Source of the DNA: Candidatus Bathyarchaeia archaeon
GTDB taxonomy: Archaea > Thermoproteota > Bathyarchaeia > 40CM-2-53-6
Assembly: GCA_049517415.1 (NCBI GenBank)
Contig: JBEKSC010000016.1
Location: forward strand, 1-64,000
Length of the DNA: 64,000 bases
Direction: 5' to 3'
The notes below the pieces were generated by a model, which worked only from the letters and a program-made list of their open reading frames with translations, did not search any database and was not told the DNA's origin. This document shows, one piece after another, positions 19,902 through 31,285 of the stretch; the stretch's first letter is position 1; the number at the start of each line of letters is the position of its first letter. The position numbers and the translations under genes were made by a program.

Positions 19902-21393
19902 CAGTTCCAGTCTCCTTGATTATTTTGCTAAACGATTCGTCGGGCAGTACCTCAAAGCCCCGAGGTGCAGAGTAAATGTCCTTAATGACTCCTAACTCGA
20001 TCAGCCGTTTCATGTTTATACGCTTTGGAAACGAGTACGCGTAAAGCAAATTGACAATAAACGGCTTATTTGTCATTGGAGCTGTTTCCCATTGTTGCCT
20101 TAGTTCTTCGTCCGGAAACACGCTCCGTTTTCTGCAGAGCTTAACGAAAGAACCTGCATCTCTAATGGAAGTGTTAACGCTCTCCACTATGCAAAGCGTT
20201 GTAACTACTGACGCATAGTACCCACCAGTCCTATAGAACACAATCAAATCGCCACTCCTTAGACCACGATTGACCGATCTGGAAACGTAGACCTTTGACA
20301 TCGCATTCCTGAAGGGTTCATTGTCAATGAAATCTGCGGGTGATTCAGTCCGCAATATTGAATCCGGAAACAAATCCGTATGATACTCGGGACGTATTGG
20401 GACAAGAAACTTCCTGCCGTGCCGAGACAGAAAGGGGTACGTAGTTCTTGGCGAGGCTAAGGACGCCCTAGGCGAGAAGTTCCTCACATATACATCCTCC
20501 CTTCTCGAAACGGATTCCTTTATTCCATGGTATTCGAATCCGAAATTTCTAAGGAGATCAATTAGCCGTAACTGATCGACTCGTTTTGGAAATATCGTGA
20601 CGTAGATTTCATTTACGGATAGGCGCAGAGCATTGTCGAACACCACTTTTAGGAGGCGTTCTCCGAGTTTGACGCCGTTCGATTGGACTTTGAACGTGCC
20701 GATTTTGAGGCGCCTCTTCTTGGCAAAGGGCGGTGTGATATCCGGGTATGGTTCCGAGACATCCTCTAACTTGACGTAAAGGAAGGCAAGTATGTTCTCA
20801 TCTGACCTACAGACATATACCAGCTCATCGGACTTTCTGTTGAACCATCTTTCGTAGTCTAGATAGTCTTCCTTGAAACTGTCGAAAAACGGATCGGCTA
20901 AGTTGATATTTCCAAAATAGGCCGTCCGGACGGACAACACCTTGTAGTCCAGTAGACTGGGGTTCTCCCTCGTGACCTTCTCAAGGAATTCGTCTATTGT
21001 GAATACTGAACTATCAATTCCTAGCGATTGGGCTTTCACGTGAATTAGTCGGTCTTCCGAAATTAACAGGTCAACACGGCCGCAAAGAACCTCGTTAAGG
21101 AGGACGCTATCGTTTTCGTCGTTCTCGGTTGTGTCATATTTCGTTGATATTGCTTGTACTTCTGGTCGAAGCGGAGCTACCGTTGGTAGAAGATGATAGC
21201 TCTTTATCTTCACTAGGAATGCTTCGCGGGCCTTACTGTTCTGATTACTCGATATTTCGTTTAGCGTGACTTGGTGTATGCATTTCTGATATCCTAGCTT
21301 ATCGATCCACCCGAATAATGTCCCGATGTCTTTGTTGATCGGGTCCTTCGTTTCACGATGAATGATGATATTTGTATCCAATAGAACCTTCAT
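19879..21393 (-). CDS. PIN - GNAT - ASCH/PUA-like fusion protein
   Basis: PIN VLLDTNIII...ENDSVLL...LISED; GNAT LKIGTFKV...GVKLGERLL...FGF; C-terminal VPIRPEYH...KVYVS...GDLIVFYR. Confidence 0.85.
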   Translation of the reverse strand: MKVLLDTNIIIHRETKDPINKDIGTLFGWIDKLGYQKCIHQVTLNEISSNQNSKAREAFLVKIKSYHLLPTVAPLRPEVQAISTKYDTTENDENDSVLLNEVLCGRVDLLISEDRLIHVKAQSLGIDSSVFTIDEFLEKVTRENPSLLDYKVLSVRTAYFGNINLADPFFDSFKEDYLDYERWFNRKSDELVYVCRSDENILAFLYVKLEDVSEPYPDITPPFAKKRRLKIGTFKVQSNGVKLGERLLKVVFDNALRLSVNEIYVTIFPKRVDQLRLIDLLRNFGFEYHGIKESVSRREDVYVRNFSPRASLASPRTTYPFLSRHGRKFLVPIRPEYHTDLFPDSILRTESPADFIDNEPFRNAMSKVYVSRSVNRGLRSGDLIVFYRTGGYYASVVTTLCIVESVNTSIRDAGSFVKLCRKRSVFPDEELRQQWETAPMTNKPFIVNLLYAYSFPKRINMKRLIELGVIKDIYSAPRGFEVLPDESFSKIIKETGTDERVVVD

Positions 21394-21465
21394 TTTAGTC
21401 GCACCCCACACAACACAATCTTCTTTCGCTGGACGTCTTCGGTGAACTCACGTGGTTGTTGGTCT

Positions 21466-22587
21466 TCAATGTACGGGCTTGTCCATTTGCACAAAACGAA
21501 CATCGTACTTCGTGCAGAAATCTTTGATTTCTTTTGAGCACACCTTTGCGACAACCACCGCTTCGACATTTGGCGAGTTAATTGCTAAGCCAACCTCAGC
21601 GCACTTGAGTACCCTGTATTTCAGAGCTTGATAGCATCCGGGTAAAGGATTCCAGGTTTCAACTTCGACGATCGCGTAGTGGTCGTCTGAGAGTTCGAAA
21701 ACTATGTCTGCAGCGTCTCCGGAAGGGAAGACATACTCAACATGACACTTCGTGACGCCAGTTAACCCAATGTTTCCGGGATGCGTTGCAACCCATTGCT
21801 TGAGACGCTTATGTTCTTCGCCTTCTCCGCCATGGCCGTACTTTCTTGCCATAGCTATCCTTCGGTTTCGGCTGCCACTTTTGACTGAGCGCGGACCAGA
21901 GGGAGTCGGTATCTGAATCCCTCTGAAGTCTTCCCGAAGTAACTAGTCGATCATTTGTCTCGAAATGGGATCGCGTATAGTGTCCCGTAGGTCAGCCAAA
22001 ATAGGCATTACCTGAGAGTCGGCAAGATAACGAAAGAGACCAGTACCCCACTTGATTCCGCCCCTTGTCGAATAATAATCCCAAAACAAAAGTTCTTTCG
22101 CTTCCTCAAGCGGCAACCTCAACGCGCACTTCTGATCTGCGACCAAGTACGTTTCGTGATCCGGAGGGTTTCTCAACCCAGCAATTTTGAAAAACCCGAT
22201 GATCTTGCGATCTTCTTCATCGTCTCCAGGAAAGCGAGTGGTCAGCACAGCCAACTTTCCCTTCTCCACGTTCGCAAGCCTCATTGGTGTGCCAGCCTTC
22301 GACCCTGAGTGGTAACGCCCTACACCAAATTCCCAGGCCCGAAACAGCCGACTTTCGTAACAAGGATCTGTAGGAGGGTTCCCCTTGAAGCCACCGTCGT
22401 AGTATTTCCGGCATTCACATTGCTTGTTACTGCACCAGATTCTCCCGGAATCTATGTTCCATTTGATGATGTCCTCTGAGCAGGTTCCATTGAATCCAAC
22501 AAAGACCCCTTCGTTCCCGTTATTGTAGGTGCATTTTACCGCTACGTGCCGACCCCCCTCTTTTCGATTAGAGTTCGCCAAAACCAA
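21466..22587 (-). pseudogene. Cys-containing N-terminal domain plus PD-(D/E)xK-like nuclease, interrupted by one in-frame TAG
   Basis: ORFs 21943..22587 and 21466..21852 share a frame and are separated only by TAG 21943-21945 (...QMID*LLREDF...MARKYGHGGEGEEHKRLK...ADIVF...VEVET). Confidence 0.75.
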
Positions 22588-22814
22588 AGCCTTCCTAATC
22601 GATAGGCGATCCTTGGAATAGCACTAGCCAATTATTGAGATTAGCGTGGAAAACACAGCCACTGGGTGGCTGCCATGGCGCTGGGGATAATGACCCAGAT
22701 GTCTTTGAGTTTGAATCCCCGGTCAAGCGCTTCTCGCGAGTCTCCGGCCTATCATCTCAAATGCTAAATTCACATCTTCCAATCGATTACTACAACGACC
22801 GGGCGTAGTCTTGC

Positions 22815-23576
22815 TTGAAGATTTGTTTCTTGCAGATTGGTGCTGAATCTGGAAGCGGGGGGATATTTAGCCCGCTCTTCAAGAGCTGAAAGCCCAGGTT
22901 CGAATTCATTCCGATTCCCGAAGAGTATGCCCGGCCTGGCTCGCATTGCCCGACCTATTGGGACTTGAGAGGAAGAAGGAAGGGGAAGCCTCGTCTTTCA
23001 ACGTATTTGCCCCACGGGTTGGCCAAAACACGGGTCCATAACGACCCAGAGTTCAAGACTTTTACGTACGGACACATTGGAAATAGATTGCGTGACCTTT
23101 CTAGAGGCGACATATTGGTCTTCTACGCTGGCTTGGAACCCTACGATTTCAAGAACGAGGATTTGAAGCAGAGATACATCGTTGGATACTTCGAAGTAGA
23201 AAAAGCTGACTTTGCAATAAAATTCGAGCCGGGTTGCAGATCAAGACTTCTAGACCACGCGTTCTCGAAAAATCAACACGTATCCTACCGTGACTTCACC
23301 AAAGAATGCAAGAGAAAGAAAGGCGCGCTTTTTCTTGTGAAAGGAAGAAAATCGGGAAGTCGCCTTCTAATGAAAGGGCAGCCAATAAGCGAGAGGAGAA
23401 TCATTACCTGCACGCGTGACGGGAAAAAGAACAAAATGACAAGATATCGGTTATCAAAAACGATGGTGAAGGAATTTGGAGTAGACTGGGGCGACATTAC
23501 TATGGCCGTCCCTCATTGGATAAGAGATGAGCGTTACGCGAAACGAGTTTGGAAATGGCTTCGTAAACTGCAATAA
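22815..23576 (+). pseudogene. Nmad3-like (nucleotide-modification-associated domain) protein with an in-frame TGA
   Basis: TTG 22815: MKICFLQIGAESGSGGIFSPLFKS*KPRFEFIPIPE...HNDPEFKTFTYG...GDILVFYAGL...YIVGYFEV; TGA at 22887-22889. Confidence 0.7.
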
Positions 23577-23870
23577 TACCGGCCAAACTTAAATCTGCGA
23601 ATCGCCAGAGCTAAGCTCGACTTGGCGTAAGCTGTGATCTGTTTTGGCAACAATTAATCCCCTACCGGAGGACCTAGCCGTCAAAATCCGTGAACTTGAA
23701 TCTGAAGTATCTGAACTCAATCTACAACTAGAAGCTGAATCGGAATAGGGTTATGGTAGTCCGCAAACCCCCTAGTGAAGAGCCTAGCGACCAAGATTGA
23801 CGAGCCTTCCAAGAAAGGCGAACACGAACATGCCCGCAACTGGAAGGATGCTTTGGTTGAACCTTATCAC

Positions 23871-24395
23871 TCAGCGTTTCGCCTGGCTCAGTTCTTGTTC
23901 TATATGGGACGGAATTTGAATTGTCGGATTATCCCCTTCTTTGTACGAGTCGAGGATGAAGAGTTCGTTCGTCTCCAAAATGCTGTCAAGTCTGGTTAGG
24001 AGGCGGGACTTCCATTTTCCGTACTCTTCTTTTGATTCCCAGATGCCGTAGATGGCGAGGTTGTATTGATGCGCCAGGGTGTGGATTGAGAGGATCCTTG
24101 GATCTTGTAGTTCGACGCATTGTATGTCCTTCACAAACTCTCTAGCTGGCTTGGGTCTAAGTCGGACGAGGATTAGAATGGGCGTCGTTAACCCCAGTTT
24201 CTCGGGGTTTGTTTTGATTGTGAAATGTCTGATGATGCCTTTCTCCACTAAATGTTGAACCCGTTTCAGGGCGCCTACGGTCGAGATTTCGATCCCGAAT
24301 TTCGCCAGGTTGGAGGATAGTTGCTGGTACGTAGATCGCGAATCTCGTTGCAGTAACTGCAGAATGGCAACATCCCTCTCATCCGCCTCGCCCAT
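23871..24395 (-). CDS. Lrp/AsnC family transcriptional regulator
   Basis: DERDVAILQLLQRDSR...RVQHLVEKGIIRHFTI...PEKLG; likely start ATG 24395. Confidence 0.9.
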   Translation of the reverse strand: MGEADERDVAILQLLQRDSRSTYQQLSSNLAKFGIEISTVGALKRVQHLVEKGIIRHFTIKTNPEKLGLTTPILILVRLRPKPAREFVKDIQCVELQDPRILSIHTLAHQYNLAIYGIWESKEEYGKWKSRLLTRLDSILETNELFILDSYKEGDNPTIQIPSHIEQELSQAKR

Positions 24396-24414
24396 CTGAC
24401 GAAAATGACTGTTC

Positions 24415-24537
24415 GAAGTTAACAAAATTAACTTCTACACCGAGGGGTACCCATGTGTGCTTCAGCTAATTAACTTAACTAAGCTTGTGAATGAATCTCT
24501 ATTAACTGATTGACATAAGAATGTTTATGGAATTAAC
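24415..24537. promoter_or_regulatory. putative operator array in a divergent promoter
   Basis: Perfect inverted repeat GAAGTTAA-caaaa-TTAACTTC at 24415-24435; ATTAAC recurs at 24427, 24469, 24501 and 24532. Confidence 0.55.
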
Positions 24538-24565
24538 CTATACTAGTATCGTATGGGTGGAAAAG

Positions 24566-24901
24566 ATGGTTACAGTCGATCTCTCAAACTTTCTTCCGAC
24601 GATTGGTTCGTTCAGCGGTGCGGGAGCAGTCGGAGCTTTACTCGGATACGGTTTCAAGAAACTTCTGAAAGTCCTCTTGATCGTCTTGGCCGCATTCACG
24701 GCGCTGATTGGAATACCACTTGGATACCTCGCTTACGAGGGAGTCATAACGATCAATTGGGATAGACTCTACGCGCTCCTCGACTCAGCCGCTTCGGCCA
24801 GCATATCATGGTTCTCGACCGCGGCACAAGCTGTTGCAATTGCTGTCCCAGCCTTCGGCGGATTCGTGGCCGGATTTGCAGTTGGATTTCAGAAGGGATG
24901 A
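24566..24901 (+). CDS. FUN14 family membrane protein
   Basis: GALLGYGFKKLLK...YLAYEGVITINW...GGFVAGFAVGFQKG. Confidence 0.85.
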   Translation: MVTVDLSNFLPTIGSFSGAGAVGALLGYGFKKLLKVLLIVLAAFTALIGIPLGYLAYEGVITINWDRLYALLDSAASASISWFSTAAQAVAIAVPAFGGFVAGFAVGFQKG

Positions 24902-24914
24902 GGAGGTGGGATCT

Positions 24915-25247
24915 ATGAAGCAAGATCGAGAGACAAACTCAGACGGACAGATTGAGGCAGATGATCATGGGCGGCTGTTTGATCCAGGTGGTCTACTGTT
25001 GGTTGGGATAGTTGGCGCGGGCGGCACGGTTCTACTGTTAAAGCATAGTTGGATTCTAGGTTTACCATGTGCCGTTTTAGCGGCATTAGGACTAATCGCA
25101 TCCCACAGACACTTTGATCCTACAAACAGGGGAACGCTCAAACAAATTGAGCAGAGTCGGGGCGGATTGATTTTGGGCGGGTCGCAATCTCTCGTGGGGG
25201 TTGGTGCGATTTCTTCTCGCGTATGCAAGGTGTTAGATAGAAAATGA
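24915..25247 (+). CDS. small membrane protein
   Basis: SD-like GGAGGTG at 24902-24908; two to three hydrophobic segments. Confidence 0.55.
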   Translation: MKQDRETNSDGQIEADDHGRLFDPGGLLLVGIVGAGGTVLLLKHSWILGLPCAVLAALGLIASHRHFDPTNRGTLKQIEQSRGGLILGGSQSLVGVGAISSRVCKVLDRK

Positions 25248-25297
25248 AACATCATGGGGATAAGACTGTGCAGAGCGTAGCATAGAGGCGAGATCCG

Positions 25298-26416
25298 TTG
25301 ATTGGTGAAGTCGTCAGAGAGCTTGTCCGTGAACTTGACACGAAAATTGTTGAACAGAATCTCGGCGACCCGTTCCTAAGTAGCCATAACTATCGCCCTC
25401 ACCCGCTCAGACTTGAGAACTTCAATGGCATAACTAGAACTGATTCGGAACGGAGACTGGCATTCATTGATGGCGGGAATCAGGAATTAGTAGGAGCACC
25501 AAACTTCTCCGTGCAACTAAATCGAGCCTACTTCAACATATTCAACAAACGAAGGATGATTCAACCCGTCGAACTGCCGAGTCGCATCGAGTTCCTTTCG
25601 GCAACAATTGCCAAGTTCGAGGACGGCAAGATGCTCTATAATACGTCACTGTTTCCCATGAGCGGAGTGGTGCCCTCGTATCTTCCCGATCAGACTGATC
25701 TTTCATTCGATTCTGCAGATAGGAGCCTCATGGTTGGGAATTCACGTGCAGACATCGGTCGCGTCGCGTCCATAGCGAGAAGATTTGCTGAATGGCGCTT
25801 TGCGCAAAGAGTTGTGGAGAAGGAACTCGACAAGGGTGACGTCCTAGTTATGGATGGAACTCTTAGAACGGCGTTTGCGAATGAATCTAAGTACGCCAAG
25901 GCGGCATACCATGCCGCTTACGAGAGAGGAACAGTCTATTCCGGACTATCCAAGACCAGCCGACTTTTTACCACAACCGGTCTTTCGCTTCTAGGCGCAG
26001 TTCGAAGACTCGCATTAGATAACGTGACACATCCGGTCTGGTACTATTATCCGATTGCTGAATCCCTCAGCCCCGAGCATGAAGCCGCAATCTTCCTCCT
26101 AAAGCTCAGCGACATGTCAAAGCGAATCTTCAGGTATGAAATAAACGCTGAACAGGTGAAAACATCAAGCACCGGCGAATTGAACGAGATCTTCACCGCG
26201 CTCTCTCAGAATTCGAACGATCTTACCTTCCCCGGATATCCTTACGGCCTTATTGATGCCGATGATAATGCTCGTGTGAGGACAGAGGAGTTGGAGATGT
26301 ATCGGGTCATGTTGCTGTCCGAAATCTCAAAGTTAGGATCAGCCACAAAATTCCAACGCCACATGGAATCCATGGACGCCCATGGAGTCATGAATCTTCT
26401 CAAAGAGGCAGCATAG
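25298..26416 (+). CDS. nurA: NurA nuclease
   Basis: [28 protein letters not shown]-terminal AH; operon context. Confidence 0.9.
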   Translation: MIGEVVRELVRELDTKIVEQNLGDPFLSSHNYRPHPLRLENFNGITRTDSERRLAFIDGGNQELVGAPNFSVQLNRAYFNIFNKRRMIQPVELPSRIEFLSATIAKFEDGKMLYNTSLFPMSGVVPSYLPDQTDLSFDSADRSLMVGNSRADIGRVASIARRFAEWRFAQRVVEKELDKGDVLVMDGTLRTAFANESKYAKAAYHAAYERGTVYSGLSKTSRLFTTTGLSLLGAVRRLALDNVTHPVWYYYPIAESLSPEHEAAIFLLKLSDMSKRIFRYEINAEQVKTSSTGELNEIFTALSQNSNDLTFPGYPYGLIDADDNARVRTEELEMYRVMLLSEISKLGSATKFQRHMESMDAHGVMNLLKEAA

Positions 26417-26418
26417 CA

Positions 26419-27945
26419 ATGACGATCTGTGGACAGATAGTTGCGGGCGAAGTGGGCAAGATTCTGATCAGAGAGAAGAGCGGAGAAAAAATCGAACTTG
26501 GAGATCTCCTAGTCGTCGATGATCCTGCAGGTTACACGATCCTACAGGTCTACGACCTACTCTACGGCAGCCAGATCTCCCAACTAGCAAGGGAACAGAT
26601 AGCAGGCCTAAAGCTGGAAGGATTCGGAGTTGGACTGGAATTTTTCGAGCCACAACTACGAAACTATCTGCTGGCCGAGGCGAAGGCGGTTCTCAGAATG
26701 ACTGACCGTCCTCAATCCGCCAAAGTTCTTCCAGACTTCTTCGGAACCGTAAGGCATGTTGAACAGAAGGACTTGCCGTTCCTCAGCAAACCGGAGGATC
26801 CCATCTACCTTGGCAAGGTTAGGAGCGGATCAAAGATAATCGACGTTCCCGTATACCTGCAGGGCCAGGAAGCTCTTACGCATCACATCCTCATTCCGTC
26901 GGCAACCGGCCGCGGCAAAAGCAACCTGGTCAAAGTCATGCTCTGGAGCATAATTGGTCAAGGGAAATTTGGAATATTAGTTCTCGACGCACACGACGAA
27001 TACTATGGAAGAAACGGCAAGGGACTGAAGGACCATAATAAGTCAAAAGATCACGTCCTCTACTACTCAGTTAACCCGATCACGGGAACCAGCACGCTCC
27101 TCATCAATCTCAGAACTATTCAGCCCGATCACCTTAACGGAATAATCGCCCTGACAGACGCCCAAGAGCAAGCCGTGAGACGATATCACCACGAGTTCAA
27201 GGAGGACTGGGTCGAGCAGATTCTTCGCGGAACTGTCATTGAAGGAAGCTCAATAAAACCCGTAACACTGGGAGTTCTCCAACGAATAATCAAGACGAAA
27301 CTTTCGATTTACGTTGAAGGCAACGAAGTCGTTTGCAGGAACCGCGTGTTCAGTTCAGCAGGCGGAGAATCAACCATCAAGGAGATTGTGGCAGCACTCC
27401 AAGCAGGGAAAATTGTCATCATCGACACCTCGAAGCTTGGGGATGAAGCCGAACTATTGATCGGAAGTATGATTGCGACAGAGACCTTTAACACATACCA
27501 AAACTACAAAGCCGAAGGAACACTCACAGATAAGGTTCCAATCAGCGTCGTGATCGAGGAAGCACCGAGAGTTCTCGGCAGCGAACAATTACAAATGGGC
27601 GACAACATCTACGGTAGAATAGCAAGAGAGGGCAGAAAATTCAAGGTCGGCCTTATCGCCATAACACAGCTCACGAGCGTAATTCCACGAGACATCCTCA
27701 CGAACATCAATACGAAGATAATCCTTGGAAATGAAATGGCGACCGAGAGGCATGCGCTGATCGACAGCGCCGCACAAGATCTGACCGACGATGACCGCAT
27801 GATAGCGAGCCTAGACAAAGGAGAAGCCATTGTCACAAGCATCTTCCAGAAATTCGCAGTTCCAATACAGATACCCCTATTCGATGAACTCGTGAAGGAA
27901 CAAAAAGCGCCTGCAGAGCACCCCTCACTACAGTATAGCGGGTAA
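26419..27945 (+). CDS. herA: HerA helicase/translocase
   Basis: N-terminal HAS-barrel-like region, [39 protein letters not shown]. Confidence 0.93.
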   Translation: MTICGQIVAGEVGKILIREKSGEKIELGDLLVVDDPAGYTILQVYDLLYGSQISQLAREQIAGLKLEGFGVGLEFFEPQLRNYLLAEAKAVLRMTDRPQSAKVLPDFFGTVRHVEQKDLPFLSKPEDPIYLGKVRSGSKIIDVPVYLQGQEALTHHILIPSATGRGKSNLVKVMLWSIIGQGKFGILVLDAHDEYYGRNGKGLKDHNKSKDHVLYYSVNPITGTSTLLINLRTIQPDHLNGIIALTDAQEQAVRRYHHEFKEDWVEQILRGTVIEGSSIKPVTLGVLQRIIKTKLSIYVEGNEVVCRNRVFSSAGGESTIKEIVAALQAGKIVIIDTSKLGDEAELLIGSMIATETFNTYQNYKAEGTLTDKVPISVVIEEAPRVLGSEQLQMGDNIYGRIAREGRKFKVGLIAITQLTSVIPRDILTNINTKIILGNEMATERHALIDSAAQDLTDDDRMIASLDKGEAIVTSIFQKFAVPIQIPLFDELVKEQKAPAEHPSLQYSG

Positions 27946-27951
27946 GCTCAG

Positions 27952-29214
27952 TTGTATACCTTCGCTCATCTCGCAGACGCCCATATCGGGGCATTCCGAC
28001 ATCCCGCCCTTCAGCTATTAGCCCTCAAGGCATTGAACGCAACCATCGATGCCTGCGTAGACAAGAAGGTTGACTTCGTCCTCATCAGTGGCGACCTCTT
28101 CGACTCGAACATCCCCGATATGGCATTAGCTAATGCCGCAGTGAAAAAATTGAGAGAGGCCCAAGAACAAGGGATACCGCTCTACGTGGTTTATGGCAGC
28201 CACGACTTCAGCCCCACCCAAAGCTCAATTGTCGACCTCCTCGAGAGCTCAGGCCTCTTCAAAAAAGTCACCAAAGGTAAGACAATTGACAATAAGCTTC
28301 AATTAGAATTCGAAATTGATCAGCGAACAGGCGCCAAACTCTGCGGGATTTCAGGGAGACGTCTTGGAATTGACAGGGCATACTACGAGATCCTCGACAG
28401 ACAGAAACTTGAGAAAGAAGATGGATTCAAAATCTTCGCCTTCCACGGCGCACTTAGCGAATACAAACCAAAATACATGGCCGAAGCAGACTCCATGCCC
28501 ATTTCGTTACTCCCGAAGGGATTCAATTACTATGCAGGCGGACACGTCCATGAGAAAACCAGTGACAGCTCCCACGGCTACAACATAACCTATCCCGGAA
28601 CGCTCTTCGGTGCTGATTATCGCGATCTTGAAAGAAGCGCTAGCGGTGAAGAGAGAGGCTTCTACATTATTCATTTTTCCACGAAAGTCGAGAGAACGGA
28701 TTTCATCCCCATCTCAGTTTGTGACTATGATTCGGAAGAATACGACGCGAACAACAAAAGTGCAACAAAAGTCGAAGAAGACCTTCTGCAACTTGTTCGG
28801 GAGAAGAAGAATCTTACAGGTCGACTTGTCTTGCTAAAGGTCTCAGGTGAGATGGCCACCGGTAAGAGTGCGGACATAGACTTCCAGAAAGTGAAGAAGC
28901 TCCTTAAGGAAAATGGCGCCATCGAAGTTCAACTCAACTATCAAAAGCTCACCTCGAAACAATACGCTGCAATTCACGTCGCAAGTCTCGGAGAAGAATC
29001 TCAAAAGATCGAAGAGCGACTGTTCAAGGAACACGTTGGAACGGTGAAAGTCGAAAACCAGAAACTGAAAGGAGAAACAGGGGTTGCGCTATCGAAAGAG
29101 CTTCTTTCAATATTGAAGCAGGCCATGAAGGAGAACGAAACCAAGAAAGACTATGAAAAGAGAATCGTGTCGGACGCTGCCAAGACTCTAGGACTTCAGG
29201 AGGCTATCAGTTGA
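27952..29214 (+). CDS. mre11: Mre11 nuclease
   Basis: AHLADAHIG, GDLFD, GSHD, FHG, GGHVH. Confidence 0.93.
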   Translation: MYTFAHLADAHIGAFRHPALQLLALKALNATIDACVDKKVDFVLISGDLFDSNIPDMALANAAVKKLREAQEQGIPLYVVYGSHDFSPTQSSIVDLLESSGLFKKVTKGKTIDNKLQLEFEIDQRTGAKLCGISGRRLGIDRAYYEILDRQKLEKEDGFKIFAFHGALSEYKPKYMAEADSMPISLLPKGFNYYAGGHVHEKTSDSSHGYNITYPGTLFGADYRDLERSASGEERGFYIIHFSTKVERTDFIPISVCDYDSEEYDANNKSATKVEEDLLQLVREKKNLTGRLVLLKVSGEMATGKSADIDFQKVKKLLKENGAIEVQLNYQKLTSKQYAAIHVASLGEESQKIEERLFKEHVGTVKVENQKLKGETGVALSKELLSILKQAMKENETKKDYEKRIVSDAAKTLGLQEAIS

Positions 29215-31276
29215 TCCTGAAATCACTCTCCTTACAAAATATACGCAGCTACAAAGGTGACACTCCGCCAATCAACCTGCCCCTTGGCACTATCCTGTTT
29301 GAGGGTGACATAGCGTGCGGCAAGTCAACCATCCTCTACGCCATCGAATTCGCACTTTTCGGACTCGGATCGTTAGGAGGAGCCTTCCTACTACGAAACG
29401 GCGCGAAAGAGGCGGTGTAACGCTCAAGTTCGAGGTCAACGGTGCAGAATACGAGGTTCACCGAGGGCTCCATAGAAAGGGAAAGACCGCCCAACAAGAA
29501 GACTGCTACCTCATCGGCCCAGCAGGGAAATCAATACTATCTCCAACCGAGACGAAAGAAAAAGTTCTTCAAATTCTCGGCTTCAATGAGCCACCGAATC
29601 CACGCGCTCAATCAGTCATCTACCGCTATGCGATATTCACGCCCCAAGAAGAAATGAAGGAGGTCATCCTCAAAGACCCAGACAATAGACTACAGACACT
29701 CAGGAAGGCCTTCCGAATAGAGGACTATAAGATCGCTTCTAACAACTCAACTACCTTCGCGTCGAAACTGCAGGAGAAGGTAAGCCGACTACAGGGTGCC
29801 ACGCAAGACATCGATATCGTAAAGAAAAGGATCGAAGAAGACGACAACGCGATCGAAGCGTACTCCAAAGAACTACAGTCCCTGAACGCTCTAGAAGAAG
29901 AACTACAAAAACAAGTCAAAGGGGCGGAGGACGAACTTAAACAGTTAGGAGCCGAACGCGAGAAGATCAAACAGGTGGAGGGGACGATCCCCCTATTGCA
30001 GAAACAAATCGACGAATACTCGAAACAACTCAACGATACAACAACCCAAAACGAGCGCATGACAAGACGAATCGACAAAGAAATTCAGCCAGCCCTCACC
30101 AAATTCGAATCTGTGAAGAAACCTACCGAGAGATCCCTGGAAAATGTAACCCGGGAGCAAAACGACCTAAGAGTTAAACTTCAAGAATCGCAGAAGTTGA
30201 AAGGACGATTCGATGAACGCATTGGGAATTTTACGTCTTTGGTGGGAACAGGCACTTGTCCAGTATGTGAAAGGACGGTTAATCCTGACGAGTTCCGTGG
30301 CAAGTCACACCATCTGGAAGAAGACAGCAAGAAACTAGAACAGGAAATAGCTGAAACCGGAAAGGCAATATCCCAACTAGACTCGTTAACGAGAGACCTC
30401 ACAACATATCTTACTGCACAAGACCAGATCACCACCCTGCGATCGCAATTAAATGAACTAAACACGCAATTTCAACAAAACAACGACCGAAGTTCCAAAC
30501 TTACAACCTCCATAAAGGAACTTACAAACAACCTCAAAACGTCCAAAAAAGAAATCGAGCCCCTGCAGAGCGTTCTGGGCCGCATAGGCGAACTAGAGAA
30601 GGAAACGTCGCGACTGGACACGGATTTTATCCGGGTTGGAAAGAGCGTCTCCGCAACTCAGGCGACAATGGCCGCATCGATAAAGAACAGAAACGACCTG
30701 CAGAATCAACTTCTCCAGAAACAAAAAGACCTAGCGAGCTTGGCTCTACTACGCGATCACAAAATATGGTTCACCGAATACTTAACGCCAACCATCGAGA
30801 ACATTGAGAAACACGTTATGATCTCACTCAACCAGAGATTCAACGACCAATTCCAGCGATGGTTCCAAATCCTCATCGACGACCCGGACATGCAGGTTCG
30901 AGTTAACGAAGACTTCTCACCCCTAGTGGAACATGAAGGCTACGAACAGGAATTCATCGGATTGAGCGGAGGCGAGAAAACCAGCGTAGCCCTCGCATAC
31001 CGACTCGCGTTAAACACCATAGTCCAAGAAGTAGCGATAGAAGGAGGCTCGAACCTACTCATCTTGGACGAACCAACCGACGGCTTCAGCCGGGAACAAG
31101 TCCTCAAGATACGTGACATACTCACAGAATTGCGCTGCCCCCAAGTTGTCCTCGTATCACACGAAAGAGAACTCGAAGGATTCGCAGACCACATCTTCAA
31201 GATTCGTAAGTCGGCAGGCGTTTCGGAGATTATTGAAGATGAGCAACCCACATCGCTGCTTAATGAAAACAGTTGA
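29211..31276 (+). CDS. rad50: Rad50 ATPase, short coiled coil, frameshifted at ~29408-29414
   Basis: N-terminal ORF 29211..29420 has Walker A GDIACGKST; restoring one base in AAAGAGGCGGT joins it to GGVTLKFEV...; Zn-hook CPVC, LSGGE, ILDEPTDG, VSH. Confidence 0.88.
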
Positions 31277-31285
31277 GGGTTTCGG

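Noticed and set aside
21943..22889. Pyrrolysine/selenocysteine or genetic-code reassignment explaining the in-frame stops
   Set aside because: All three stop types occur as lesions, TAG and TGA end many normal genes here, and no pyl/sel genes are in view.
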